A stretch of 64,000 nt of DNA from Frankiaceae bacterium (GTDB lineage Bacteria > Actinomycetota > Actinomycetes > BP-191). The notes beneath the pieces were generated by a model. It was not told where the DNA came from. It saw only the letters and a list, made by a program, of their open reading frames with translations, and searched no databases. Shown here in pieces: positions 55,392 to 64,000 of this stretch (its first letter is position 1; every line of letters begins with the position of its first letter). The stretch is from positions 3,439 through 67,438 of the forward strand of contig DASZER010000046.1 in assembly GCA_035940575.1 (NCBI GenBank), read 5' to 3'. The position numbers and the translations under genes were made by a program.

Positions 55392-56170
55392 CGCGTCCCC
55401 ACGGCCGGCTGAGCGGGTTCGACGCGCTGCGCGCCGAGCTCGTCCGCTACCACACCGACCCGCACGCGTTCGGCGACGGGACGCTCGGCGTCCCGCGCGG
55501 CAGCCTGGGCAACGTCATCCCGTTGCGGCCCGAGCTGGCCGGAGCGGTGCCCGCTCCGGCCGACGAGCACGCCGCCGCCGCGGAAGACGCGGCCCCGGAA
55601 GGCGACGAACCGTTCGAGGCGGAGCCGGCCGTCGTCGAGCTGGTCGCGCGGGCGCAGGGCGGCGACGCGGAGGCGTTCGGGCTGCTCTACGACCGCTACC
55701 TCGACCTCGTCTACCGCTACGTGTACTACCGCGTCGGCTCGAAGGCCCTCGCGGAGGACCTCGTCAGCGAGACGTTCCTGCGTGCGCTGCGGCGCATCGG
55801 GTCGTTCGAGTGGCAGGGCCGCGACTTCGCCGCCTGGCTCGTCACGATCGCGCGCAACATCGTCGCGGACCACTACAAGAGCGGCAGGTTCCGCCTCGAG
55901 GTGTCGACCGCGGACATGCTCGACGCCGACCGCGCGACCGACGGGCCCGAGAACGAGGTCCTCGAAGGCATCACGAACGTCACGCTGCTCGAGGCCGTCA
56001 AGCGGCTCAACGGCGAGCAGCAGGAGTGCGTGGTGCTGCGGTTCCTGCAGGGCATGTCGGTGCTCGAGACCGCGCAGGCCATGGGCAAGACCGAGGGCGC
56101 CATCAAGGCGCTGCAGTACCGCGCTGTACGCACCCTCGGCCGGATGCTGCCGAAGGAGCTCGTCCTGTGA
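55388..56170 (+). CDS. ECF sigma factor with N-terminal extension (BldN/SigD-like by sequence and context)
   Basis: Region 2 is AEAFGLLYDRYLDLVYRYVYYRVGSKALAEDLVSETFLRALRRIGSFEWQGRDFAAWLVTIARNIVADHYK. Region 4 is QQECVVLRFLQGMSVLETAQAMGKTEGAIKALQYRAVRTL. About 85 aa precede region 2. The GTG 55388 start is approximate. Confidence 0.8.
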   Translation: MTRPHGRLSGFDALRAELVRYHTDPHAFGDGTLGVPRGSLGNVIPLRPELAGAVPAPADEHAAAAEDAAPEGDEPFEAEPAVVELVARAQGGDAEAFGLLYDRYLDLVYRYVYYRVGSKALAEDLVSETFLRALRRIGSFEWQGRDFAAWLVTIARNIVADHYKSGRFRLEVSTADMLDADRATDGPENEVLEGITNVTLLEAVKRLNGEQQECVVLRFLQGMSVLETAQAMGKTEGAIKALQYRAVRTLGRMLPKELVL

Positions 56171-56258
56171 CGCTCCGTCGATATGCGAAGGATTCGGGCG
56201 GCCGCGCCCGTAACCGTCCGTACCCGGCCTCGTTGGGGAACGGGAAGGAGGCACTCCG

Positions 56259-57509
56259 GTGATGCGCCGTTCGGCAAGGCTCGCTGAGGAGTTCGCCGCC
56301 GCCCTCGAGGGCCGCGGCGTCGCCTCCGCGCGCCGTGACCCGGCTCTCGCCCCCCTCCTGAGCGTGGCGCAGGGCCTGGCTTCGGTCCCCGTCGCCGCCT
56401 CCCCCGACTTCCGCGACGCGCTGCGCCGCCGCCTGCTCGCCGTCGCGACCGTGCCGCCCGTCGCCGTCCCCGCCCCGAGCCCCGTCGAACGGGCCAAGGG
56501 CTGGGTCGAGGGCTGGCGCGTCCAGAAGGCGATGGCCGCCGCGGCCGCGTCCATGGCCGTCGTCGTCGGCGCCTCCGGCGTCAGCGTCGGCGCGAGCCGG
56601 TCCGTGCCCGGCGACGCCCTCTACGGCCTCAAGCGCAGCGCCGAGGGCGTGCAGCTCTCGCTGGCGCGCAACGACGTCAACCGCGGCAAGCGCCACCTCC
56701 AGCACGCCGAGACCCGCCTGCACGAGATCGCGAAGCTCGTCGACACCGACCTCGCCCTCGCGCCCGGCGCACCGGCCGCGCCCGGCCAGATCACGGTCGC
56801 GTTCGGCGGCTCCCGCTCCGAGCGGGTCGGCGAGGCGTTGCGGCTGATGGACGAGGACACCCGCGACGGCACGCGCCTGCTGTTCGAGGCGTACGCCGAG
56901 GAGCACGACGACGACGTGCTGCGCGTCGTACGCCGCTTCACGCAGCGCCAGCGCGACCACCTCGGCCAGGTCCTCGACAAGCTGCCCACCGCCGCGCACG
57001 CCAAGGCCGAGGAGTCCCTCGCGCTCGTCGCGAGCCTCGACCTGCGCGCGACGCAGCTCCTGTCGGTCGGCACGTGCGGCGACGACTGCGCCGCCCCGGT
57101 GCCGACCGCGCCGACGCCCGGCGCGACGCAGGTCCCGACGCCGGCGCCGTCCCCGTCGTACGACTCCCTCGGCCCGCTGCCGTGCACCTGCCCCGAGGAC
57201 CCGAACGCGTCCCCGACGCCGGAGCCCACGCCGACGCCGACGCCGTCCGAGCCGACGCCGTCCCCGACGCCCTCGCCGGAGCCGTCCTCGACGTCGCGCC
57301 CGCCGGTCACGGCCTCGCCGACGCCCGAGCCGACGCAGACGCACTACCCGGTGCCGACGTACGTGCCCGGCCCGGTCGCGACCCCGGTCCAGACCGTGGC
57401 CGACGAGGTCAACGAGGTCCTGCCGACGCCGCTGCCGACGTTGCCGCCGACCCTGCCGGTCCCTGTCGACGCGCCGGTCGTCCCCGGCATCCCCGTCTCC
57501 CGCCCGTAG
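56259..57509 (+). CDS. anti-sigma factor, DUF5667/RsdA-RsbN-like, single TM, Pro/Thr/Ser-rich C-terminus
   Basis: 416 aa with N-terminal sigma-binding-like helix RLAEEFAAALEG and TM AAAAASMAVVVGASGVSVGA. The extracytoplasmic segment PGDALYGLKRSAEGVQLSLARNDVNRGKRHLQHAETRLHEI resembles the Streptomyces RsbN-type domain (from memory). Confidence 0.65.
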   Translation: MMRRSARLAEEFAAALEGRGVASARRDPALAPLLSVAQGLASVPVAASPDFRDALRRRLLAVATVPPVAVPAPSPVERAKGWVEGWRVQKAMAAAAASMAVVVGASGVSVGASRSVPGDALYGLKRSAEGVQLSLARNDVNRGKRHLQHAETRLHEIAKLVDTDLALAPGAPAAPGQITVAFGGSRSERVGEALRLMDEDTRDGTRLLFEAYAEEHDDDVLRVVRRFTQRQRDHLGQVLDKLPTAAHAKAEESLALVASLDLRATQLLSVGTCGDDCAAPVPTAPTPGATQVPTPAPSPSYDSLGPLPCTCPEDPNASPTPEPTPTPTPSEPTPSPTPSPEPSSTSRPPVTASPTPEPTQTHYPVPTYVPGPVATPVQTVADEVNEVLPTPLPTLPPTLPVPVDAPVVPGIPVSRP

Positions 57510-57636
57510 CGCTCAACCGCTGGGCCGAACGTCCGATACAGGACGTAGGTCACCGGCTGCGCTACCGTGCGCCGTCGGCGATGTCCGATTGGTCCGAACT
57601 GACCACTCTTGACCAGGAAAAATCTTCAAGGAAGCC

Positions 57637-57664
57637 CGTAACCCCGTCGATCTACTAGTCGTTG
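57637..57664 (+). promoter_or_regulatory. candidate ECF-type promoter (CGTAAC-N17-CGTTG)
   Basis: About 90 nt upstream of ATG 57752 of the LAXTG surface protein, directly downstream of the sigma/anti-sigma pair. Confidence 0.35.
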
Positions 57665-57751
57665 TGGGCTACGTCGTACACCACCCGTACGAACACACAG
57701 ACAAGCGAAGGGCCGGCCAACGTGGCGGGCCAACACTCGGAGGTCGGGAGC

Positions 57752-59176
57752 ATGACCAAGTACAACAGCCGGGGGGCGCGGCTCACCGCTCTCGCCCTTG
57801 CCACCGGCACGCTCGTCGTCTCGGCGACGGCGCCCGCGGGCGCTGACGCCGTACCGGTGCCGGACATCTTCGGCGGCCGCGCGCAGGGCACCGCGATCCA
57901 CCTGGAGGTCAACCTCCCGGCGCCCGTGAACCTGCCCGGCATCGGCGACATCACGTCGCTCGTGCAGGACATCTCGTTCACCGAGGGCAACACGGCGAAG
58001 GACCTGGTCGCGAAGCCGACCTCCGTCGCCAAGGCCGTCCTCGGCAACGGCAACGTCGTCGTCCTCTCGGACGTCCTCGGCAAGGCCGTCATCTCCAGCC
58101 TGGACGGCAAGTCCTCCGCGAACGACTCGATCCTCGCGCAGGACCTGGGCCTCCTGAAGATCGGCGTCGGCGAGATCACCTCCGCCGTGTCGCCCGACTC
58201 CGCCACCTCGGCGCTCACGAGCACCTCGTCCTCCTCGCTCGCCAGCCTCCGCATCGGCCTCGCCGGCCTGCCGGACCTGCCGCTGAAGACGGACCTGAAC
58301 GCGGTCGTCAACCAGCTCAACGACACGGTCGACGGTGCGCAGAGCACGGTCGGTGCCGCGGTCGAGAACGCCCTCGGTGTCCTCGACGAGGCCACGCAGG
58401 GTGCGGCCGCCCCGGTCGTCGCGCAGGTCGAGGCCGTCAAGGCGCAGCTCACCTCGCTGCTCGACTCGCTCCAGAACACGATCGCCAACCTCTCGGCCGA
58501 CACGGACCTCGTCCGCCTGTCGCTCCTGGAGTCCACGGAGACGATCACCCGCGCGGGTGCCATGGTCACGGCCAAGGCGACCTCGGGCGTCGGTGGCCTC
58601 GACATCCTCGGCGGCCTCGTGCACCTCGACGCCGTCAAGACCGAGTCGTTCTCCTCGGCGAACGGCAGCAAGGGCGCGGCCGCGGCCGACACCCTCACCA
58701 CGATCCTGGGCCTCAAGGTCGCGGACGTCCTCGACCTGAAGCTCACGTCCGAGGGCCTCTCCGGCACCGTTCTGGGCAACGCCCTCCCGGCTGAGGCGCA
58801 GGACGCGATCCAGACCGTGATCTCGCAGGTGAACGGCGTTCTCGCCCTCGCCGGTGTCACGATCGTCAACGGCCAGACCACGAAGGCCGTGGACGCCAAC
58901 GGCAAGTTCGCGAGCAGCTCGTCCGAGGGCGTTGGCATCGTCGTCAACCCGCTCAAGGCCGCCAAGCCGCTCGTGAAGGTCCAGCTGGTCCCGGCCGGCA
59001 CGGCCGTCAACGCGGCGATCGCGCCCCGCGCGGTCACCCCGCCGAAGGTCACCACCCCGGAGACCAAGACCCCGCTGGCCCGCACCGGCGTTGAGCTCCC
59101 GCTCTTCGCGGTCATCGGCACCGGCCTCGTGGGCGTCGCCCTCGTCGCCCGCCGCCGCCGCACCGTCGAGGCGTAA
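57752..59176 (+). CDS. LAXTG-anchored (sortase substrate) Ala/Ser/Thr-rich surface protein
   Basis: 474 aa starting at ATG 57752 (GGAGG 8 nt upstream). Signal peptide MTKYNSRGARLTALALATGTLVVSATAPAGADA. C-terminus is PLARTGVELPLFAVIGTGLVGVALVARRRRTVEA. Confidence 0.8.
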   Translation: MTKYNSRGARLTALALATGTLVVSATAPAGADAVPVPDIFGGRAQGTAIHLEVNLPAPVNLPGIGDITSLVQDISFTEGNTAKDLVAKPTSVAKAVLGNGNVVVLSDVLGKAVISSLDGKSSANDSILAQDLGLLKIGVGEITSAVSPDSATSALTSTSSSSLASLRIGLAGLPDLPLKTDLNAVVNQLNDTVDGAQSTVGAAVENALGVLDEATQGAAAPVVAQVEAVKAQLTSLLDSLQNTIANLSADTDLVRLSLLESTETITRAGAMVTAKATSGVGGLDILGGLVHLDAVKTESFSSANGSKGAAAADTLTTILGLKVADVLDLKLTSEGLSGTVLGNALPAEAQDAIQTVISQVNGVLALAGVTIVNGQTTKAVDANGKFASSSSEGVGIVVNPLKAAKPLVKVQLVPAGTAVNAAIAPRAVTPPKVTTPETKTPLARTGVELPLFAVIGTGLVGVALVARRRRTVEA

Positions 59177-59201
59177 CCAGTAGCACCAAGCTCGACCTCC
59201 C

Positions 59202-59233
59202 CCGAAGGCCCCCGCGAAAGCGGGGGCCTTCGG
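59202..59233 (+). terminator. stem-loop terminator
   Basis: ccgaaggcccccgc gaaa gcgggggccttcgg, a 14-bp perfect stem with a GAAA tetraloop, 26 nt after the stop. Confidence 0.7.
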
Positions 59234-59292
59234 CATGTCGGCCACCGCCGCTCGACGCGGCGGTGGGCGACGTCTGGAGAGGGGGGCAGGGG

Positions 59293-59374
59293 GTGGGCGC
59301 GGTACGGCGTGCCGGTCCGCCGACTAAGGCGACGCAGGAGCCCTAGGCGGGCCGGCACGCCGTACCCCGCCCAC
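59293..59374. repeat. 29-bp imperfect inverted repeat (27/29) with 24-nt spacer
   Basis: Left arm gtgggcgcggtacggcgtgccggtccgcc (59293-59321). Right arm ggcgggccggcacgccgtaccccgcccac (59346-59374). Ends 12 nt before GTG 59387. Confidence 0.8.
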
Positions 59375-59386
59375 TAGGGTTGGCCC

Positions 59387-60283
59387 GTGTTCGGGAAGCG
59401 CAAGCGTCGCGACGACGAGGTGACGCACGTCCTGACGGGCGCGGCGAGTGCCGCGGCGGCGGAGGTCGAGCAGGCGCTCGAGGTGCCGCCCGACCCGACG
59501 GCGGCGGCGTTCTTCGACTGCGACAACACCCTGATGGTCGGCGCCAGCATCTACCACTTCGCCAAGGGCCTCGTCGCGAGGAAGCTCTTCACGACCAGGG
59601 ACATGGTCGGCTTCATGTGGGACCAGCTCCTGTTCCGCGTGCGGGGCACCGAGGACCGCGGCGCGATGGTGGAGGCGCGGGAGGCGGCGCTGTCGTTCGT
59701 GAAGGGCCGCGAGGTCGCGGAGATCGTCGCGTACGGCGAGGAGATCTACGACGAGCTGATGGCGGAGCGCATCTACAGCGGCACCCGGGCTCTCGCGCAG
59801 CAGCACCTCGACAACGGCCAGCGGGTCTGGATCGTCACGGCGACGCCCGTCGAGCTGGCGAGCATCATCTCCCGCCGCCTGGGGCTGACCGGCGCGCTGG
59901 GCACGGTGTCGGAGGTACGCGACGGCCGCTACACGGGCAGGCTCGTCGGCGAGCCGCTGCACGGGGCCGCGAAGGCCGAGGCGGTACGCGCGCTGGCCGA
60001 GCGCGAGGGCCTGGACCTGGCGCGCTGCACGGCGTACAGCGACTCGGCCAACGACATCCCGATGCTGTCGACGGTCGGCCACGCCGTCGCCGTGAACCCC
60101 GACGGCGAGCTGCGCGACGTCGCCCGCGAGCGCGGCTGGGAGGTCCGCGACTTCCGGACCGGGCGCAAGGCCGCGATGATCGGCATCCCCGCCGCGGCGG
60201 GCGTCGGGGCGGTCGCGGGAGGCGTGATGGCCGGGTTGGCGTACCGGAGGCGGCGCAACGCCGTCTACGCTGGTACGCGATGA
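59387..60283 (+). CDS. HAD-IB family hydrolase (SerB-like phosphatase) with C-terminal hydrophobic segment
   Basis: 298 aa with motif I FFDCDNTL and later IVTATP...[11 protein letters not shown]. The start codon is uncertain because the upstream hairpin abuts it. Confidence 0.75.
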   Translation: MFGKRKRRDDEVTHVLTGAASAAAAEVEQALEVPPDPTAAAFFDCDNTLMVGASIYHFAKGLVARKLFTTRDMVGFMWDQLLFRVRGTEDRGAMVEAREAALSFVKGREVAEIVAYGEEIYDELMAERIYSGTRALAQQHLDNGQRVWIVTATPVELASIISRRLGLTGALGTVSEVRDGRYTGRLVGEPLHGAAKAEAVRALAEREGLDLARCTAYSDSANDIPMLSTVGHAVAVNPDGELRDVARERGWEVRDFRTGRKAAMIGIPAAAGVGAVAGGVMAGLAYRRRRNAVYAGTR

Positions 60284-61260
60284 CCACCACCACGCTCGCC
60301 GCGAACGACCTCTGCTGGTGTGGCAGCGGCCGGCGCTACAAGCGCTGCCACCGCCTCGCCGACCTCGACCCGGCCGCCGCCGCCGCGAAGGCGGCCGCCG
60401 CCGAGCCCGTGCGCCGGGTGAAGCCCGGCCGGCTCTCGCCGCCGCGCGAGGTGCCTGCGCACATCCCGCGCCCCGACTACGCCGTCACGGGCACCCCGGT
60501 GCGTACGCGCGCGAGCGGCAAGCCGAAGACGCCCGACGAGATCGAGCGGATGCGCCGCGCCGGCCGTGCCGCCGCCGAGGTGCTGCAGGTCGTGGGCGCC
60601 GCCGTACGTCCCGGCATCACCACCGACGAGCTCGACGCGATCGCGCACGAGGAGTGCCTCAAGCGTGGCGGCTACCCGAGCCCGCTCAACTACAACGGCT
60701 TCCCGAAGTCGTTGTGCACCAGCGTCAACGAGGTCATCTGCCACGGCATCCCGGACTCGTCGGTCCTCGACGACGGCGACATCGTGAACCTCGACGTCAC
60801 GATCTTCCTCGACGGCGTGCACGGCGACACCAACGCGACGTTCCTCGTCGGCGACGTGGACGAGGAGTCGCGCAGGCTCGTCCGCGTGACGAAGGAGTGC
60901 CTCGACCGCGGCATCGCGGTCGTGCGTCCCGGCGCGCAGGTGCGCGACATCGGCAGGGCGATCCAGGACCACGCGGAGGCGAACGGCTTCGGCGTCGTGC
61001 GGGCGTTCGTGGGGCACGGCATCGGGACGACGTTCCACGCCGACCCGCAGATCCCCCACTACTACGACCCGCGCGCCACGACGCGGCTCGAGGCGGGCAT
61101 GACGTTCACGATCGAGCCGATGATCACGGCCGGCTCGTGGGAGCACCGCATGTGGGACGACGACTGGACCGCCGTCACGGCGGACCTCAAGCGCACCGCG
61201 CAGTTCGAGCACACCCTGCTCGTCACCGACGACGGCGCCGAGATCCTCACATGCTGCTGA
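60280..61260 (+). CDS. map: type I methionine aminopeptidase with N-terminal SEC-C zinc motif
   Basis: 326 aa. ATGA overlap with the HAD gene. SEC-C motif [13 protein letters not shown]. Metal-ligand regions are [23 protein letters not shown] and QFEHT. Confidence 0.9.
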   Translation: MTTTTLAANDLCWCGSGRRYKRCHRLADLDPAAAAAKAAAAEPVRRVKPGRLSPPREVPAHIPRPDYAVTGTPVRTRASGKPKTPDEIERMRRAGRAAAEVLQVVGAAVRPGITTDELDAIAHEECLKRGGYPSPLNYNGFPKSLCTSVNEVICHGIPDSSVLDDGDIVNLDVTIFLDGVHGDTNATFLVGDVDEESRRLVRVTKECLDRGIAVVRPGAQVRDIGRAIQDHAEANGFGVVRAFVGHGIGTTFHADPQIPHYYDPRATTRLEAGMTFTIEPMITAGSWEHRMWDDDWTAVTADLKRTAQFEHTLLVTDDGAEILTCC

Positions 61261-61373
61261 CGCTCCTCCCGCAGGGCGACCCGGGGGCGGGGCTGCGGTC
61301 GCCGTTCGCCGCGGTCGTGGGCCTCGCGGCGTTGCTCGCGACGCTCGTCGCGCTGCTGCGGAACCGGCGTTAG
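61251..61373 (+). CDS. possible 40-aa single-TM peptide overlapping the map stop
   Basis: [40 protein letters not shown]. 39 of 40 codons end in G/C. No SD. It fills the otherwise empty map-plsC spacer. Confidence 0.35.
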   Translation: MLLTLLPQGDPGAGLRSPFAAVVGLAALLATLVALLRNRR

Positions 61374-62305
61374 CGCCAGACGGAGCGGCGCTGCATCAGC
61401 AGGCGGTAGAGCGTCTGCTGGATGACCTCGCGGACCTGGTCGGTGAGGTTGAACACCAGCATCGGGTCGTCGGCCGCGGCCGCGCCGAGGTGGTCGGTGT
61501 GGATCGGCTCGCCGAACTCGATGAGCCACTTCGACGGCAGCGGGATCGCGCCGAGCGGGCCGAGCAGCGGGAACGTCGGCGTGACCGGCACGTACGGCAG
61601 CCCGAGGACCCGCGCGAGGGTCTTCATGTTGCCGATCATCGGGTAGATCTCCTCGGCCCCGACGATCGAGACGGGGATGATCGGGACGCCCGTCCGCAAC
61701 GCCGCCGACACGAACCCGCCACGGCCGAAGCGCTGCAGCTTGTAGCGCTCGCTGAACGGCTTGCCGACGCCCTTGAAGCCCTCGGGCCACACGCCGACGA
61801 GCTCGCCGGAGGACAGCAGCCGCTCGGCGTCCTCGTTGCACGCGAGCGTGTGCCCGGCCTTGCGGGCCAGCGGCGCGAGGACCGGCAGCCGGAACACCAG
61901 GTCCGCGCCGAGCATCCGCAGGTGCCGGTGCGCGGGGTGCTGGTCGAGCAGCGGCAACGCCACGCCGATCGCGTCGAGCGGCACCGTCCCGGAGTGGTTG
62001 GCGACGATCAGCGCGCCGCCGGTCGAGGGGACGTTCTCCAGGCCGCGCGCCTCGACGCGGAACCACTTCTCGTACAGCGGCCGCGCGGCGGGCAGCAGCA
62101 CGTGGTCGGTGAGGTCGGGGTCGAAGCCGAAGTCGTCCACCGGGTAGTCGCCGGTGATCCGCCGCCGCACGAACGCCAGCGCGCCGGCGAGGCGGCGCTC
62201 CCACTCGGGGCCCTCCTCGGCGAGCTCCGCCGGGTCGAACGGCTCCGGCTCGGGCGCGGGACCGGAGTCGCGGATCGGGATGACGCGCGCGTCAGGCATG
62301 GACAC
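61370..62305 (-). CDS. lysophospholipid/1-acylglycerol-3-phosphate acyltransferase family protein
   Basis: 311 aa with acyltransferase box IVANHSGTVPLD (HxxxxD) and later VWPEG. Confidence 0.8.
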   Translation of the reverse strand: MSMPDARVIPIRDSGPAPEPEPFDPAELAEEGPEWERRLAGALAFVRRRITGDYPVDDFGFDPDLTDHVLLPAARPLYEKWFRVEARGLENVPSTGGALIVANHSGTVPLDAIGVALPLLDQHPAHRHLRMLGADLVFRLPVLAPLARKAGHTLACNEDAERLLSSGELVGVWPEGFKGVGKPFSERYKLQRFGRGGFVSAALRTGVPIIPVSIVGAEEIYPMIGNMKTLARVLGLPYVPVTPTFPLLGPLGAIPLPSKWLIEFGEPIHTDHLGAAAADDPMLVFNLTDQVREVIQQTLYRLLMQRRSVWR

Positions 62306-63341
62306 TCCCCGAGGGGCTACGGCGCGACGGCAGCCGCGACAGCACGGCCTCCTCGGCGACGGACACGACGTCCGGGTTGAGCAGGCGGTTGAGGCCGCGC
62401 GCGCGGACGAAGTCGTCGAAGGCCTCGACGGAGGTGTAGCGCGGCACGTAGCCGAACGACTCGTGCAGCCGCGTCGTGTCGGCCACCCGCCCGTGCTCCA
62501 GGAAGCGCATCTGCTCCGGCGAGAAGTCCACGACGCCGGCGCGGCGGAACGACTGCCCCACGACGTTGACCAACGGCTCGAGGACCGGGAACGACGCCCG
62601 CCCGGCCCGCCGGATCGCCTGCGAGAGAAGGAGGACGCCCGACCCGCCGACGTTGACGATCCCCGGCTTGTCCTCCAGCGTCGCGAGCCGCAGCACCTCC
62701 AGCGCGTCGTCCTCGTGCACGAACTGGATGCGCGGGTCGAAGCCGAACACCGTCGGCACGACGGGCAGCGAGAAGTAGCGGGTGAGCGGGGTGTCGATGC
62801 GCGGCCCGACGAAGTTCGTGAACCGCAGGATCGACAACGACACGTCCGGGCGCCGGCGACCGAAGCCGCGGACGTAGCCCTCGACCTCGACGGAGTCCTT
62901 GGCGTAGCCGGAGCGCGGGAGGTGGCGCGGCTCCATGTCCTCGGTGAACAGCGCCGGGTCCTTCGGCGACGAGCCGTAGACGGCGGTCGTGCTCTTGAGG
63001 ACGAGCTTGCGGACCGACGCCGACTTCTGGCACGCGGCCAGGAGCTGCATCGTGCCGATGACGTTGATCTCCTTCATCGCCGTGCGGCCGCCGACGGTGA
63101 GCGGCGTCGCGACGACGTTGAGGTGCACGACCGTGTCGACCTCGGACGAGGCGATGACCTTGGCGATCAGCGGGTTGCGGATGTCCGCGCGGACGAACTG
63201 CGTGCGCCCGAGGTCGCCGCGCGGCGGCACGGTGTCGACGCCGATGACCTGCTCGATCTCGGGGTCCGCCTGCAACGCCGCCACGAGCCGCGCGCCCAGG
63301 AACCGGGACACTCCGGTGACCAGCACGCGACGCGGACGCAT
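62292..63341 (-). CDS. NAD-dependent epimerase/dehydratase (extended SDR)
   Basis: 349 aa MRPRRVLVTGVSRFLGARLV (Rossmann GxxxxxG). The YxxxK region is present (YAKDSVE). Confidence 0.8.
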   Translation of the reverse strand: MRPRRVLVTGVSRFLGARLVAALQADPEIEQVIGVDTVPPRGDLGRTQFVRADIRNPLIAKVIASSEVDTVVHLNVVATPLTVGGRTAMKEINVIGTMQLLAACQKSASVRKLVLKSTTAVYGSSPKDPALFTEDMEPRHLPRSGYAKDSVEVEGYVRGFGRRRPDVSLSILRFTNFVGPRIDTPLTRYFSLPVVPTVFGFDPRIQFVHEDDALEVLRLATLEDKPGIVNVGGSGVLLLSQAIRRAGRASFPVLEPLVNVVGQSFRRAGVVDFSPEQMRFLEHGRVADTTRLHESFGYVPRYTSVEAFDDFVRARGLNRLLNPDVVSVAEEAVLSRLPSRRSPSGSVHA

Positions 63342-63351
63342 GCGGACGATC

Positions 63352-63984
63352 CTACGTCCGTGGCCGCAGGCCCTCGATCTGGAGGTTCAGCACGGCCTCG
63401 ACCAGCGACGGCACCGGCGGCCACGGGAAGCCCGGCTCGCTGACCAGCAGCGACACCAGGCCGTGGAACGACGCCCACAGCGCGATCGACGTGGCGAGCG
63501 GGTCGGGCGTCACGCTCGCGCCCGCCTCGACCGCGCCGGCGACGGCCTCCACGAGGTGCCCGAACGCCCGTGCCCCCGCCGTCGCGCCGTCGGGCGTGAG
63601 GTCGCCGAGCTCCATCGTGCGCTCGTGCCTGGTCATGAAGATGACGCGGTAGTGCTCGGGGTGGTCGAGCCCGAACGCGACGTACGCCTCGCCCCTCGCG
63701 CGCAGCGCCGCGATGGGGTCGGGCGCGGACGCCGCGGCCTTCTCGAGCGCCTCGTCGAACTCCGCGAACCGCTGCTCGCACACCGCCTCGATCAGCGTGT
63801 CCTTGTCGGGGAAGTGCAGGTAGATCGAAGGGGGCGTGACCCCGACGGCGTCGGCGATCATGCGGATCGAGACGGCGTTCTCGTCGCCCTTCTCGGCCAG
63901 CAGGCGACCCGCCGCGTCGAGGATCTCGGCCCGCAGCAGGTCGCCGTCGCCGCGCCTCGCGCGCGGCCTACGGGCAGGGCTCAC
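63352..63984 (-). CDS. TetR family transcriptional regulator
   Basis: 210 aa with HTH AEILDAAGRLLAEKGDENAVSIRMIADAVGVTPPSIYLHFPDKDTL. Confidence 0.85.
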   Translation of the reverse strand: MSPARRPRARRGDGDLLRAEILDAAGRLLAEKGDENAVSIRMIADAVGVTPPSIYLHFPDKDTLIEAVCEQRFAEFDEALEKAAASAPDPIAALRARGEAYVAFGLDHPEHYRVIFMTRHERTMELGDLTPDGATAGARAFGHLVEAVAGAVEAGASVTPDPLATSIALWASFHGLVSLLVSEPGFPWPPVPSLVEAVLNLQIEGLRPRT

Positions 63985-64000
63985 CCGGCGGGCTCCAGCT

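Overview
Very G+C-rich chromosomal segment from a high-GC actinobacterium (Actinomycetota). The evidence is BldC, Rex-hemACDB, hemL-phosphatase-resA-ccdA-resB-ccsB, futalosine/menaquinone genes and LAXTG surface proteins. Most long ORFs in the six-frame track are Arg/Gly/Asp-rich shadow frames. Real genes were picked by recognisable families, signal peptides, G/C-rich third codon positions, SD sequences and a recurrent 4-nt stop/start overlap (ATGA/GTGA).

Core content:
- 9.4-16.6 kb: menaquinone genes (mqnE, UbiX/UbiA/UbiD-type).
- 20.0-23.8 kb: system II cytochrome c biogenesis.
- 29.5-39.3 kb: a tetrapyrrole operon (rex-hemA-hemC-cobA/hemD-hemB...hemL).
- 59.4-64 kb: housekeeping genes (HAD hydrolase, methionine aminopeptidase, acyltransferase, epimerase, TetR).

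Blocks that look accessory or unusual:
1. A cbb3-type CcoN homologue that appears to have lost every metal-ligand histidine. It is paired with an intact CcoO-type cytochrome c and chained by overlaps to the menaquinone genes.
2. A seven-gene b6-type (split cytochrome b) Rieske/cytochrome b operon with an embedded 2x[4Fe-4S] ferredoxin. It sits in inverted orientation inside the hemL...resA block, next to three small secreted Cys peptides.
3. A block of about 19.5 kb (39.8-59.4 kb). It holds a 1608-aa S-layer-like protein, two ECF sigma factors (one BldN/SigD-like with a DUF5667-type anti-sigma), three tandem CAP-domain paralogues, a class A PBP, and two overlapping genes for Cys6 peptides with double-glycine-type leaders.
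4. A low-GC left edge that encodes an edge-truncated GHKL/MORC-like ATPase.

Reading by eye, I found no rRNA, tRNA, CRISPR array or transposase. All family calls come from motif recognition and memory, not from searches.
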